38,307 nucleotides of DNA from a virus (Duplodnaviria > Heunggongvirae > Uroviricota > Caudoviricetes): IMG/VR virus record IMGVR_UViG_2657245439_000017. One strand, written 5' to 3'. A program made the translations under genes and the position numbers. This document shows positions 25,912 through 34,665 of this stretch, in pieces. Below the pieces are notes generated by a model. That model worked only from the letters and a program-made list of their open reading frames with translations, was not told where the DNA came from and made no database searches. How positions within the stretch are numbered: position 1 is the first letter of the stretch; each line of letters opens with the position of its first letter.

Positions 25912-26898
25912 CTATTTAAGAATAAAACGGTATTTACTGTCAGGAGTGCTTTGCTGATCAAGTAGCAGTGAACGACATGGAGCAGTCAAAACCCGAGCAT
26001 AACTACCATCAGGGCTTATGTTAATGTAACAAACCTTGCCCTTAACACTATAATTTTCGGGGACGGATGCCTTTGCTGATACAGTAAATTTAAGGGTATG
26101 CCAGCCCGTTTTTTGCTTGTAGCTTGAAACCGAATGGAAATCATCTGAGTACTTATTTAACCCTGGAAACATGCTGCGCAGTGCGGGGATGGAATCTTCT
26201 ATTATTTTATCGTTGGTTTTAATGTTAAAAACGCTGGTTTCAGTAGAAGCTACTGCTTTGGCATTTCCCCATTTACCAGCGAACACAATCATTCCCACGA
26301 AAAATATTGCTACAAGAACTAACACTCCCCCCAACACTACTACATGAGGCTTCCGGCTTCTGGTTGGTACAGTTGCGACTGATTTTGCACCGCTTTCCGA
26401 TGGAGGTGATAGAGTTTTACTCTCATCACGAATATTCAGCAGATCATCAAAATAACCAAACACAGCCTGCAACTGCTCTTTGTCTAGGCCTTTAAGATGG
26501 GTTGTACCGAAATGCTTCAGACAGTATCTGTCACGGTCAAGACGATACCCAGGGTCAGTAAGCGCCATTATTTTGCTGACCAGAAGATTACAGTCCTTCA
26601 TATTCTGGATCTGTTGTGCATATCTCTGAAGGATCTCAACCGCACCATGATAATCAGCCGCAGTCATTTCATTAACTGTTTTGGTATTAAGTTTCGTGTG
26701 GATCGTCATCCATAGCTCGCGCTTACTTTCCCCCAGATCAACCAATTCATCCATCAATCTGTGTAAATCGCGTTTTTGCAGCAACGAAATTGGTTGCTGG
26801 GCCGAAGGAAGTATGTCAGCAGAATAGTTATGAATGGTAACATCACCGCTGACAACGTTACCCACATCCCCGTTAACTGTTTGCTTCTCTTTACTCAT
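25912..26898 (-). CDS. Single-pass membrane protein (328 aa), cytoplasmic N-domain and extracytoplasmic C-domain, unknown function
   Basis: ATG at 26896-26898 overlaps repressor stop (ATGA coupling); central TM VVVLGGVLVLVAIFFVGMIVFAG; N-terminus shares GDV-GNV-G-VTI motif with repressor C-terminus. Confidence 0.7.
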   Translation of the reverse strand: MSKEKQTVNGDVGNVVSGDVTIHNYSADILPSAQQPISLLQKRDLHRLMDELVDLGESKRELWMTIHTKLNTKTVNEMTAADYHGAVEILQRYAQQIQNMKDCNLLVSKIMALTDPGYRLDRDRYCLKHFGTTHLKGLDKEQLQAVFGYFDDLLNIRDESKTLSPPSESGAKSVATVPTRSRKPHVVVLGGVLVLVAIFFVGMIVFAGKWGNAKAVASTETSVFNIKTNDKIIEDSIPALRSMFPGLNKYSDDFHSVSSYKQKTGWHTLKFTVSAKASVPENYSVKGKVCYINISPDGSYARVLTAPCRSLLLDQQSTPDSKYRFILK

Positions 26899-27356
26899 CT
26901 TCTCTTGGTATTTTTGTTCATTATTCCACCTGTTCCTATGGTTACGTTACCTTTGATAACATTCCCCAGAACATCTCCATGAATAACCTGTTCCGCCCGT
27001 TCTCTGGAGGAGCCAGTAGTCAAGGCCGACAAAACTGAACCTTTGACCTGTAATGGTGCCTGCCGGTAGTGCTGCAGTAACTCCATTTCATCACGTGATA
27101 AAGTTATACCTGATGACTCCCCGGTAAGAATGAACTGTACATTGGCCCCAATTCTTGCAAAGGCTGCAAGTAACTCACCTCCGGGAACAGCAACCCCTCG
27201 TTCATATTTCCCCCACATTTCTCTTGAAACGCCACAAAGGGCTGCTACTTCAGCCTGCTTGAGTGATAACCGCGAACGCTCAGCTTTGAACCGCGACGCG
27301 CAAAGAGAATCAAAATTCACATAAACCTCATTGACAATGAGAACAATAGTTCTCAT
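26895..27356 (-). CDS. Prophage repressor, XRE-family HTH (no S24 peptidase domain)
   Basis: HTH LSLKQAEVAALCGVSREMWGKYERG; divergent from early operon; ATG 27354-27356 has no upstream SD (possibly leaderless); operator palindrome overlaps its start. Confidence 0.75.
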   Translation of the reverse strand: MRTIVLIVNEVYVNFDSLCASRFKAERSRLSLKQAEVAALCGVSREMWGKYERGVAVPGGELLAAFARIGANVQFILTGESSGITLSRDEMELLQHYRQAPLQVKGSVLSALTTGSSRERAEQVIHGDVLGNVIKGNVTIGTGGIMNKNTKRR

Positions 27357-27359
27357 AAT
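27331..27359 (+). promoter_or_regulatory. Candidate sigma70 early promoter (-35 TTGACA 27331-27336, 17-bp spacer, -10 CATAAT 27354-27359)
   Basis: Consensus -35, near-consensus -10, correct spacing, about 45 bp upstream of Ner-like ATG. Confidence 0.5.
27337..27356. promoter_or_regulatory. Perfect 20-bp palindrome ATGAGAAC-AATA-GTTCTCAT, candidate repressor operator
   Basis: Lies in the spacer of the rightward early promoter and overlaps the repressor start codon. Confidence 0.55.
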
Positions 27360-27406
27360 CTATCACATATAAAACAAACATCATTGCATCAACAAAGGAG
27401 ACAACA

Positions 27407-27595
27407 ATGACTTCCGAACAAGTTAAAAATCTCTTCCGTCAGCGTGGTATCACGTTTACCCGCTGGGCCGAAGAACACGGCTACAGCCGCAATGAGGTCT
27501 ATCGTGTTCTCAATGGACAGACCAAAGCTCGTTACGGCAAAGCCCATGAAATTGCCGTAAAACTGGGATTAAAACCCACGTCAAATGCGGCATAA
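27407..27595 (+). CDS. Ner/Cro-like small DNA-binding protein
   Basis: 62 aa, HTH ITFTRWAEEHGYSRNEVYRVLNG; first gene of early operon divergent from repressor; AAGGAG RBS. Confidence 0.65.
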   Translation: MTSEQVKNLFRQRGITFTRWAEEHGYSRNEVYRVLNGQTKARYGKAHEIAVKLGLKPTSNAA

Positions 27596-27647
27596 ATTTT
27601 CCACATATGCAACAGGTTATCACATATTGCAAAAATGGAAATGTGAC

Positions 27648-27956
27648 ATGAGTAAAGTAAATATTTCCAGTTCTGGGACCCGCATCCTACGTGTACTCAA
27701 AGCTCTACGCGGTCATGCTCTGAACGGTGTTTCTAACGGTGAACTGGCATCAGCCCTGGGGGAGTCCCCGGCGAATATCAATCGAGCACTTAATACCCTT
27801 ATTGAAGAGGGACTGGCCATGAAATTAGAGAACGGACGTTTCGCACCGGGAATCCAGTTACTACAGATCGCCATGGCTCACAGTCACGAGATGGCGCGTG
27901 CACAGGATCGTATTAACGAAATCAACCAACGAGTTATTTCAGGTAGTCGTTTGTAA
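27648..27956 (+). CDS. Winged-helix DNA-binding protein (early)
   Basis: wHTH-like LRVLKALRGHALNGVSNGELASALGESPANINRALNTLIEEGL; ATG 27648 preferred, alternative ATG 27585. Confidence 0.55.
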   Translation: MSKVNISSSGTRILRVLKALRGHALNGVSNGELASALGESPANINRALNTLIEEGLAMKLENGRFAPGIQLLQIAMAHSHEMARAQDRINEINQRVISGSRL

Positions 27957-27966
27957 GGAGTAATCA

Positions 27967-28881
27967 ATGGGACGCACCAAATCACCCGTTAACACTGAAC
28001 TGAATGTTGAGGTTCCGCTGTCAGATAACATCAATGTCAATTTGAACGCTATGACACAGCATCGCATGGAAATTATGCAGCAGTTTGGTGATGGACTGCC
28101 TTATGAACGTGATCGCATTGTTCACGAAGCACGTTTTTATATGGCGCAGAGTGCTGAATCTATGCTGGAAGCGGGTAAGCGGCTGATCATCTTAAAAGAA
28201 AATGAGCCACACGGTGATTTTACAAACATTTTAGAAAATGAACTCGGACTTGCACCACAAGTTGCTCGCCGCATGATGCAAGCCAGTATGAAGTTTTTGG
28301 GAGAAGGTGATGAGCCAACAAAACGCTCAACGTTGAGCGTTTTGGGGAAAGCCAAACTGTACGACCTGATGGTTCTGGATAATGAAGAACTTGATGAATT
28401 GGCCGACGGCGGCACAGTTGCCGGCCTGACGCTTGACGACGTTGATCGCATGTCAGTACGTGAATTGCGTCAGGCCCTGCGCGAAGCGCGCGAAACCAAC
28501 GCAGCACAACAGCGCGTACTCGCTGACAAAAATGAAAAAATAGACTCACTCTCCACCAGACTGGAGAAGAAATCCCGTATTCAGTCGCCTGAGCCTGATG
28601 AAGAGGTTAAGAAGCTGCGGGCGGAAGTGACAGCATTAGCGGTTGAGGCGGAATCTGCTATCGCCGTTCGACTGTCCAGCGCTTTTGAGACGCTGTGCGC
28701 ATATTGTGCTGAAAACATGATTGATACCCCCAGAGACTTCATGGCAGGCCTGGTCTGTCAACTGGAAAGCACAGCGCGTAGCCTGCGCTCCACATTTGAC
28801 CTGCCGGATGAGCCAACAGGCAATGCCGCGCCTTCATGGCTGACTGAGCCGACGCCACAGATTAACGGGCTGGAGGCATAA
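27967..28881 (+). CDS. Hypothetical early protein (304 aa) with central coiled coil
   Basis: AGGAG RBS before ATG; immediately upstream of transposase. Confidence 0.55.
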   Translation: MGRTKSPVNTELNVEVPLSDNINVNLNAMTQHRMEIMQQFGDGLPYERDRIVHEARFYMAQSAESMLEAGKRLIILKENEPHGDFTNILENELGLAPQVARRMMQASMKFLGEGDEPTKRSTLSVLGKAKLYDLMVLDNEELDELADGGTVAGLTLDDVDRMSVRELRQALREARETNAAQQRVLADKNEKIDSLSTRLEKKSRIQSPEPDEEVKKLRAEVTALAVEAESAIAVRLSSAFETLCAYCAENMIDTPRDFMAGLVCQLESTARSLRSTFDLPDEPTGNAAPSWLTEPTPQINGLEA

Positions 28882-28884
28882 CCA

Positions 28885-30654
28885 ATGAATGCTGCCCTGA
28901 CTGAACGACTGGTTTATGTCGCCCGCGCGGCACGTGACGCGGGGCATGGTAAACGCGGTGCAATATACGACGCTGCCTGTGCTGAACTTGGCATGTCCCG
29001 CGCCACTCTGCTGCGCAGGCTGAAGGAGGTCTCTGTGACTGATAAACGCAAAAAACGCGCTGATGCCGGACGCAGCGCCCTGACCCGCGACGAAGCCGCG
29101 CTGATATCTGCCACACTGCGTGAGGCCACCCGCAAGAACGGTAAACGCCTCTATTCCATCGCAGATGCAGTGGAAACCCTGCGGGCTAACGGCTTTATCA
29201 CCGCAGGCAGAACAGATGAAACCACCGGTGAGTTTTTCCCGTTGTCTGAAGATGCCATCAGCCGTGCTCTGCGTAACTATGGCCTGCACCCGGAACAACT
29301 GGATGCTCCTGCACCGCATACCGAAGTGGCCAGTCTGCACCCCAATCATGTCTGGCAGATTGACGCCTCACTCTGCACGCTTTACTACCTGAGCAATGGA
29401 CATAAAGGGCTGCAGGTGATGGACAGCGCGAAGTTCTACAAGAACAAGCCCGCTAACCTTGCCCGTATCGCCAGTGACCGCGTGTGGAGTTACGAGATTA
29501 CCGACCATGCCAGCGGCTGGATTTACGTTGAGTATGTGACGGGCGCGGAATCAGGTGAGAACCTGTGTTCTGTGCTTATCAACGCCATGCAGGAGCGTGG
29601 CGGCGCAGACGTGCTGCACGGCGTGCCAAAAATACTCTATCTCGACCCCGGCTCGGCAAACACCGCGGGTATGACGAAAAACATGTGCCGCTCACTGGGC
29701 ATCGACCTGATAGCGCACAAGCCGCATAACGCCCGCGCCACCGGACAGGTGGAAAAGGCGCGGGACATTATCGAACGCAAGCTGGAGCCGGGTCTGAAGT
29801 TCCGGCCGGTTCACAGTCTGGAAGAACTCAATGCGCTGGCCGCGAAATGGCGCAGCCACTTTAACGCCACGGCTGTTCACAGCCGCCACGGTAAAACCCG
29901 CACGGATATCTGGCTGAAGATTACTGCTGAGCAGCTGAAAAAAGCGCCTTCCGTTGAGGTATGTCGTGAACTGGCTGTGGCGGCACCAGAACTCCGCAAA
30001 GTCACGCCAAAACTTCGTGTCTCGTTCCGGGGCACTGAATTTGACGTATCAACGGTACCGGGCGTACTGGTCGGTGAAAAACTGATGATTACCCGTAACC
30101 CGTGGCGCAGCGATGTGGCACAGGTGGTTCTGACCGGTGAGGACGGCCACGAGACGTTCTTCCTGGTCGAAGAAGTCAGAAAGAACGAGTTTGGCTTTGC
30201 TGAAGGCGCGGCGGTATTTGGCGAAAGTTACAAAGCCCTGCCGGAAACCCCGGCGCAGATGGCGGCAAAAGAAACCGAAGCGCTGGTCACCGGTACAGAC
30301 AACGCCGCAGATGCAGCTGCCGCACGCAAGGCGAAGGCGCTGCCGTTCGGCGGGCGGCTTGACCCATATAAACATATTGATGACGCCACACTTCCGGCCT
30401 ATATGCCGAAGCGAGGTCAGGCCTCTGACGTACGCGGGCCGCGCACTGAACAACGTCCCATGACTCATGTGGAGGCCGCGAAAGCCCTGCGCGATAAGTT
30501 CAGCGCCGACGGCCTTACCTGGACGCCGGAACATTACCGCCAGTTAACGGCACAGTATCCGGACGGCGTACCGGAAGCCGCACTGGATGAAGTCATGGCC
30601 ACGCTGACCACGCCGGCCCGCAGCAGCGTTATCAGCATTGTTAACGGCAACTGA
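28885..30654 (+). CDS. DDE transposase (retroviral-integrase-like core; phage transposase A equivalent)
   Basis: 589 aa; candidate catalytic triad in HVWQIDAS, LYLDPGSANT and ATGQVEKA; N-terminal HTH region; GGAGG RBS. Confidence 0.85.
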   Translation: MNAALTERLVYVARAARDAGHGKRGAIYDAACAELGMSRATLLRRLKEVSVTDKRKKRADAGRSALTRDEAALISATLREATRKNGKRLYSIADAVETLRANGFITAGRTDETTGEFFPLSEDAISRALRNYGLHPEQLDAPAPHTEVASLHPNHVWQIDASLCTLYYLSNGHKGLQVMDSAKFYKNKPANLARIASDRVWSYEITDHASGWIYVEYVTGAESGENLCSVLINAMQERGGADVLHGVPKILYLDPGSANTAGMTKNMCRSLGIDLIAHKPHNARATGQVEKARDIIERKLEPGLKFRPVHSLEELNALAAKWRSHFNATAVHSRHGKTRTDIWLKITAEQLKKAPSVEVCRELAVAAPELRKVTPKLRVSFRGTEFDVSTVPGVLVGEKLMITRNPWRSDVAQVVLTGEDGHETFFLVEEVRKNEFGFAEGAAVFGESYKALPETPAQMAAKETEALVTGTDNAADAAAARKAKALPFGGRLDPYKHIDDATLPAYMPKRGQASDVRGPRTEQRPMTHVEAAKALRDKFSADGLTWTPEHYRQLTAQYPDGVPEAALDEVMATLTTPARSSVISIVNGN

Positions 30655-30664
30655 GGAGGGATAC

Positions 30665-31831
30665 ATGCTGGTACTGAAGCAGCAACTGAAAGAGGCCCGT
30701 ATTCCACAGGCGGTGGTGGCGAGAGCTGTCGATGTTTCTGAGGCCACGCTGGCCCAGATTGTGAATCATAACGCGTGGCCCCGCACCAGCCCCGGAGAAG
30801 TGCGCCGGCGTCTTGCGTCCTGGCTGGAAAGTCAGGGGATTGATACAACGAAGAGTTTTGATGCTGTACAGGGCGCGGCCACGCCCCGTACAGCGGGTAC
30901 CACAGATAAAACGAGCCTCAGTGAGGAAGAGAATATGTTACTCAAAAAACAGGTGTTATTTCCAGCAACCAAAAAAGCGTTTGGTCTTTTCCGTGACCCG
31001 TTCGCCGACGAAGCCATGCAGGGTTCTGATGATGTGTTCACCACTCCGGACATTCGCTACGTGCGTGAGGCGCTGTACCAGACAGCCCGTCATGGTGGGT
31101 TTATGGCCGTCATCGGTGAGTCCGGTGCGGGTAAATCCACGCTGCGCCGTGACCTGACTGAACGTATCAACCGCGAGAATGCGCCGGTGATTGTTATCGA
31201 GCCATACATCATCGCTATGGAAGACAACGATGTGAAAGGGAAAACCCTGAAGGCAGCAGCGATTGCCGAAGCCATTATCAGTACCATCGCACCACTGGAA
31301 AGCATCAGACGCAGTCAGGACGCCCGCTTTCGCCAGCTGCATCGCGTCCTGAAAGACAGCAGCCAGGCGGGGTTCAGCCACGTTCTGGTGATTGAGGAGG
31401 CCCACAGTCTGCCCATTCCGACACTGAAACACCTCAAACGCTTTTTTGAGCTGGAGTCCGGTTTCAAAAAACTGCTGTCCATCGTACTGATTGGCCAGCC
31501 GGAACTGGCGACAAAACTGTCTGAACGCAATATGGAAGTCCGTGAAGTCGTTCAGCGCTGTGAGGTGGTCGAACTTCTGCCTCTGGACAATAACCTTGAA
31601 GAGTTTCTGACGTTCAAACTGCAACGGGCCGGTAAACAACTGACGGACATTATGGACGCCAGCGCAGTGGATGCCATACGTGCCCGCCTGAGCAATCCGG
31701 GAAGTCATCGTAAAAATATGGTCAGCCTGCTGTATCCGCTGGCCGTCAGTAACCTGGTAATAGCCGCCATGAATCTGGCCGCTGAAATCGGGGTTCCACA
31801 GGTCAACGCTGACGTTGTCAAAGGGGTTTAA
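30665..31831 (+). CDS. Transposition ATPase / target DNA activator (Mu B-like)
   Basis: Walker A GESGAGKST, Walker B-like HVLVIEEAH; N-terminal HTH; ATG 30665 with GAGGAGGG RBS right after transposase stop. Confidence 0.85.
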   Translation: MLVLKQQLKEARIPQAVVARAVDVSEATLAQIVNHNAWPRTSPGEVRRRLASWLESQGIDTTKSFDAVQGAATPRTAGTTDKTSLSEEENMLLKKQVLFPATKKAFGLFRDPFADEAMQGSDDVFTTPDIRYVREALYQTARHGGFMAVIGESGAGKSTLRRDLTERINRENAPVIVIEPYIIAMEDNDVKGKTLKAAAIAEAIISTIAPLESIRRSQDARFRQLHRVLKDSSQAGFSHVLVIEEAHSLPIPTLKHLKRFFELESGFKKLLSIVLIGQPELATKLSERNMEVREVVQRCEVVELLPLDNNLEEFLTFKLQRAGKQLTDIMDASAVDAIRARLSNPGSHRKNMVSLLYPLAVSNLVIAAMNLAAEIGVPQVNADVVKGV

Positions 31832-31833
31832 TA

Positions 31834-32103
31834 ATGAAATCCACCACAGGTATCAACCAGCAAATCAGCAAAGTGCAGTCAGCCATTATGGCGCTTAAGG
31901 CGACGAACACGGATGTACAAAGCATCACCATCAGGGGTAACAAACCTGTCATCCGCGTTTCCCGGAGTGCGCATTGCATGCGCATGCTTGAGCAGGGAAA
32001 GGCCTGTTATCTGTATACCGGACATGACCACAGGGGATATTTCCGTCAGGGCGTTTTCGAACTGCACGGCTGTCGCGTCGTGTGGCCGGAATCTTTGTGG
32101 TAA
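31834..32103 (+). CDS. Hypothetical small early protein (89 aa)
   Basis: RBS AAAGGGG before ATG; position of Mu semi-essential early genes (kil-like region). Confidence 0.5.
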   Translation: MKSTTGINQQISKVQSAIMALKATNTDVQSITIRGNKPVIRVSRSAHCMRMLEQGKACYLYTGHDHRGYFRQGVFELHGCRVVWPESLW

Positions 32104-32130
32104 TCAGCACAACTGGAGAAATCATAAAAA

Positions 32131-32661
32131 ATGGCAAAAAGTACAAAAGGTGCAAAACGTATCAAGGCCGCAGCAGCACTCTGGGTGCCGGGGACACGTG
32201 AAGAGGTCATTGAGGGAATCAGACTACTCGGTGACGCACAACGTGAACTGGTCAGGGCTGAAACAGAAATGAATGACGCCATTGGCGATATCACCGCACG
32301 TTATGCCCCGCTCACCGAGAGCCTGAAAAAACGCATGGCCGAACTGCAGTCCGGTATTCAGACATGGTGTGAGGCACACCGTGATGAACTGACCGGCAAC
32401 GGGAAGGTGAAGTTCGCTAACCTCACCACCGGCGAGGTGCAGTGGCGAAACCGTCCGCCATCAGTCAGTATCCGTGGGGCGGATAATGTTATTGAATTAC
32501 TGAGACGTCTGGGGCTTGAGCGCTTTATTCGTGTAAAAGAGGAAATAAATAAAGACGCTATCCTGAATGAAAAAGAGGCCGTGAAAAATATTCCCGGTAT
32601 TTCCATTAAAAGCGACATTGAGGATTTTTCAATAATTCCTTTTGAGCAGGATGTGCAGTAA
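32131..32661 (+). CDS. gam: Host-nuclease inhibitor Gam (Mu Gam family)
   Basis: 176 aa; motifs RPPSVSIRG, GLERFIR and EDFSIIPFEQ match Mu Gam as recalled. Confidence 0.85.
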   Translation: MAKSTKGAKRIKAAAALWVPGTREEVIEGIRLLGDAQRELVRAETEMNDAIGDITARYAPLTESLKKRMAELQSGIQTWCEAHRDELTGNGKVKFANLTTGEVQWRNRPPSVSIRGADNVIELLRRLGLERFIRVKEEINKDAILNEKEAVKNIPGISIKSDIEDFSIIPFEQDVQ

Positions 32662-32703
32662 ACACACCACGTTAATTATTTAATAAAAACATTTTCTTTT
32701 TTA

Positions 32704-32740
32704 TTCCGGCGTCAGCGCCGCGGGCTTCTGCACGCCGGAA
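32704..32740. repeat. Inverted repeat TTCCGGCGT ... ACGCCGGAA with nested palindrome in gam-downstream intergenic region
   Basis: 9-bp arms 32704-32712 and 32732-32740; preceded (not followed) by a T-run, so not a canonical terminator. Confidence 0.3.
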
Positions 32741-32758
32741 ACAGAGGAGAATTAAATC

Positions 32759-32953
32759 ATGATATTTAAATGTATTCAGTGCGAGAGGGATATAACAGCC
32801 CTGCGTTTTCACAGCGCCATCGCCGTGATGTCCGGTAAATACCACATCCCTGCGGTACGCGTCACCCTGGTCTGCCCGTACTGCAGCCAGCATTTTTCGG
32901 CAGACGTGCCCGTCATGGAATTCTCCCGCCCTGACAGGGAGGACTCGCAATGA
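32759..32953 (+). CDS. Small zinc-ribbon protein (CxxC ... CxxC)
   Basis: 64 aa; CIQC and CPYC pairs; strong RBS AGAGGAGAA. Confidence 0.55.
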   Translation: MIFKCIQCERDITALRFHSAIAVMSGKYHIPAVRVTLVCPYCSQHFSADVPVMEFSRPDREDSQ

Positions 32954-33222
32954 TTACCCCACAGGAAGCACGACAGCGCACCCGAACCCTTGTTGAACAC
33001 TATGTCAACGAGTGTGAATGCCGCGACCTCACCGATGTGAAGCACGTCCTGACGGCGCTAATCAGCATGACCGCTCAGGCCATTGTGGCGACCAACGGAA
33101 AGGCGGCTGCCCTGCAGGTACTGGTGAACACACTCACCCACACGGCAGAGCATGAGGTGCCGTACCGGATGGAAACCACTGCAGAAGGCGGCCTGCACAT
33201 CACCGTCAGCCGGAAGCACTGA
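32950..33222 (+). CDS. Hypothetical early protein (90 aa)
   Basis: GGGAGG RBS; ATGA overlap with upstream gene. Confidence 0.5.
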   Translation: MITPQEARQRTRTLVEHYVNECECRDLTDVKHVLTALISMTAQAIVATNGKAAALQVLVNTLTHTAEHEVPYRMETTAEGGLHITVSRKH

Positions 33223-33231
33223 GGGCGCGGC

Positions 33232-33528
33232 ATGACACGGAACACCATACTCACCCGCACCGCCCTCTACCGTCTGGCCCTGCAGCGTTTCGGGCCGGAC
33301 GCACAGGCCCTGAAACTGACAGAAGAGGCCGCTGAACTGGCGGCCAGTGCTGCCCGCAATCTGAACGGACAGGGCAGCGAAAGTGACCTCGCGGCAGAGC
33401 TGGCAGACGTGGAAATCATGACAGAGCAATTGCGCCTTCAGGGGATGGACCGGCTGATTGACTTCCACAAACAGAAAAAACTGGAACGTCTGGCTGCACG
33501 ACTGGGCGTGATTTACACGAACGAGTAA
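33232..33528 (+). CDS. Possible MazG-like nucleotide pyrophosphohydrolase (small all-helical)
   Basis: 98 aa; motif pattern KLTEEAAELAASA ... DLAAELADVEIMTEQL resembles the EExxE ... ExxD signature of MazG/HisE-like proteins. Confidence 0.4.
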   Translation: MTRNTILTRTALYRLALQRFGPDAQALKLTEEAAELAASAARNLNGQGSESDLAAELADVEIMTEQLRLQGMDRLIDFHKQKKLERLAARLGVIYTNE

Positions 33529-33542
33529 CCGGGAGGCATTCA

Positions 33543-33758
33543 ATGGCTGACATACTCAGGGAAATCACCGCATGGACACTGATTCTTACTGGCCTGGCGA
33601 CATGCCTCAGTGCGGGGGCAGCCCTGGCTGCCCTGCTGATGCACATAACAACACAGTGGTTATGGGAAAAGCTTAAAGCAGCATACAGCCTGAAAGAGCT
33701 GTCCGACGCTGTCCGGGCATGGAAACGGCAGAAAAATACCGGAGATACAGAACAATGA
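33543..33758 (+). CDS. Small membrane protein (71 aa, one TM)
   Basis: TM WTLILTGLATCLSAGAALAALLM; GGGAGG RBS. Confidence 0.5.
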   Translation: MADILREITAWTLILTGLATCLSAGAALAALLMHITTQWLWEKLKAAYSLKELSDAVRAWKRQKNTGDTEQ

Positions 33759-34438
33759 CAGACCAGAATAAACACATTGAGAAACTGAAAAAGTTGCTGG
33801 CGCTGGCCGCATCCGGCAACCCGCACGAGGCCGCTCTGGCACTGCGCCGAGCCCGTAAACTGATGGATGTTCACGGCATCACACATTCCGACATTGCTAT
33901 GAGTGATATTGATGAAACCATCAGTCATTACTGGCCGACAGGCAGTCTCCGTCCACCGCGCTACATGCTGGGCCTGATGAACATCATCCGCGAGGCATTT
34001 GGTGTTAACTCCATCATTCACCCCGGCACGCATCCGTCTGTGGGGTTCTACGGTAACCGGGAACGAGCGGCACTGGCTGCGTACACCTGGGAAGTGCTGG
34101 TCCGCCAACTGAAAAAGGCGCGTCAGCAGTATATCAGCGCACAGAACAAAAGAATAAAAAACGCCACCCGTACCAGCCGTGGAAACCAGTTTGCTGAAGG
34201 CTGGGTACTGGCCGTTATCAGTGAAATACAGTCCTTTGCCCTGACCGATGATGAGCGTGAACTGATGCAACAGTGGCTGGAACATAAATACCCGCAAACG
34301 CAAACCACCAGGGCGCGTAAACCGGGAAGAAGCCGCAATGGCGACGCCTCGCGCTATGCGGGGTTTCGTGAAGGGCAGAACGTCAGACTGCACCGCCCGG
34401 TCAGTGGGCAGGAACAACAGAAACTGGAGGCCAGATGA
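33755..34438 (+). CDS. Hypothetical early protein (DUF2786-like N-terminal helix motif)
   Basis: ATG 33755 with GGAG RBS (track ORF starts earlier at 33719); N-terminal IEKLKKLLALAASGNPHEAALALRRARKLM motif common in phage/plasmid proteins. Confidence 0.55.
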   Translation: MTDQNKHIEKLKKLLALAASGNPHEAALALRRARKLMDVHGITHSDIAMSDIDETISHYWPTGSLRPPRYMLGLMNIIREAFGVNSIIHPGTHPSVGFYGNRERAALAAYTWEVLVRQLKKARQQYISAQNKRIKNATRTSRGNQFAEGWVLAVISEIQSFALTDDERELMQQWLEHKYPQTQTTRARKPGRSRNGDASRYAGFREGQNVRLHRPVSGQEQQKLEAR

Positions 34439-34665
34439 TTACGCTATCAGGTAACAGCCGGAAATTAAAAGCCTGCCGAATATCTGCCAGATACCTTTTT
34501 GCCCGCGCCTTTTTTAAGAACGTCAGGCCGGGGATCACAATTGGTGTTATTGCCGGACGCGAACAGGTTGAAAAATACATGTCAGGTGCATGGTGGAATA
34601 ACGACCCTGTCATTGCTGCCCGTAATATTCATATCAGTTGGGGGGATATTCAGAATGACGGCTGA
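34435..34665 (+). CDS. Hypothetical small protein (76 aa)
   Basis: ATG with CTGGAGG RBS, overlaps upstream stop. Confidence 0.45.
   Translation: MITLSGNSRKLKACRISARYLFARAFFKNVRPGITIGVIAGREQVEKYMSGAWWNNDPVIAARNIHISWGDIQNDG

Noticed and set aside
30956-31708. 250-aa minus-strand ORF antisense to the B-type ATPase gene (similar cases 33416-34417, 30049-30534, 28834-29349)
   Set aside because: Antisense to well-supported early genes with good RBSs; low-complexity, Cys/Arg-rich translations
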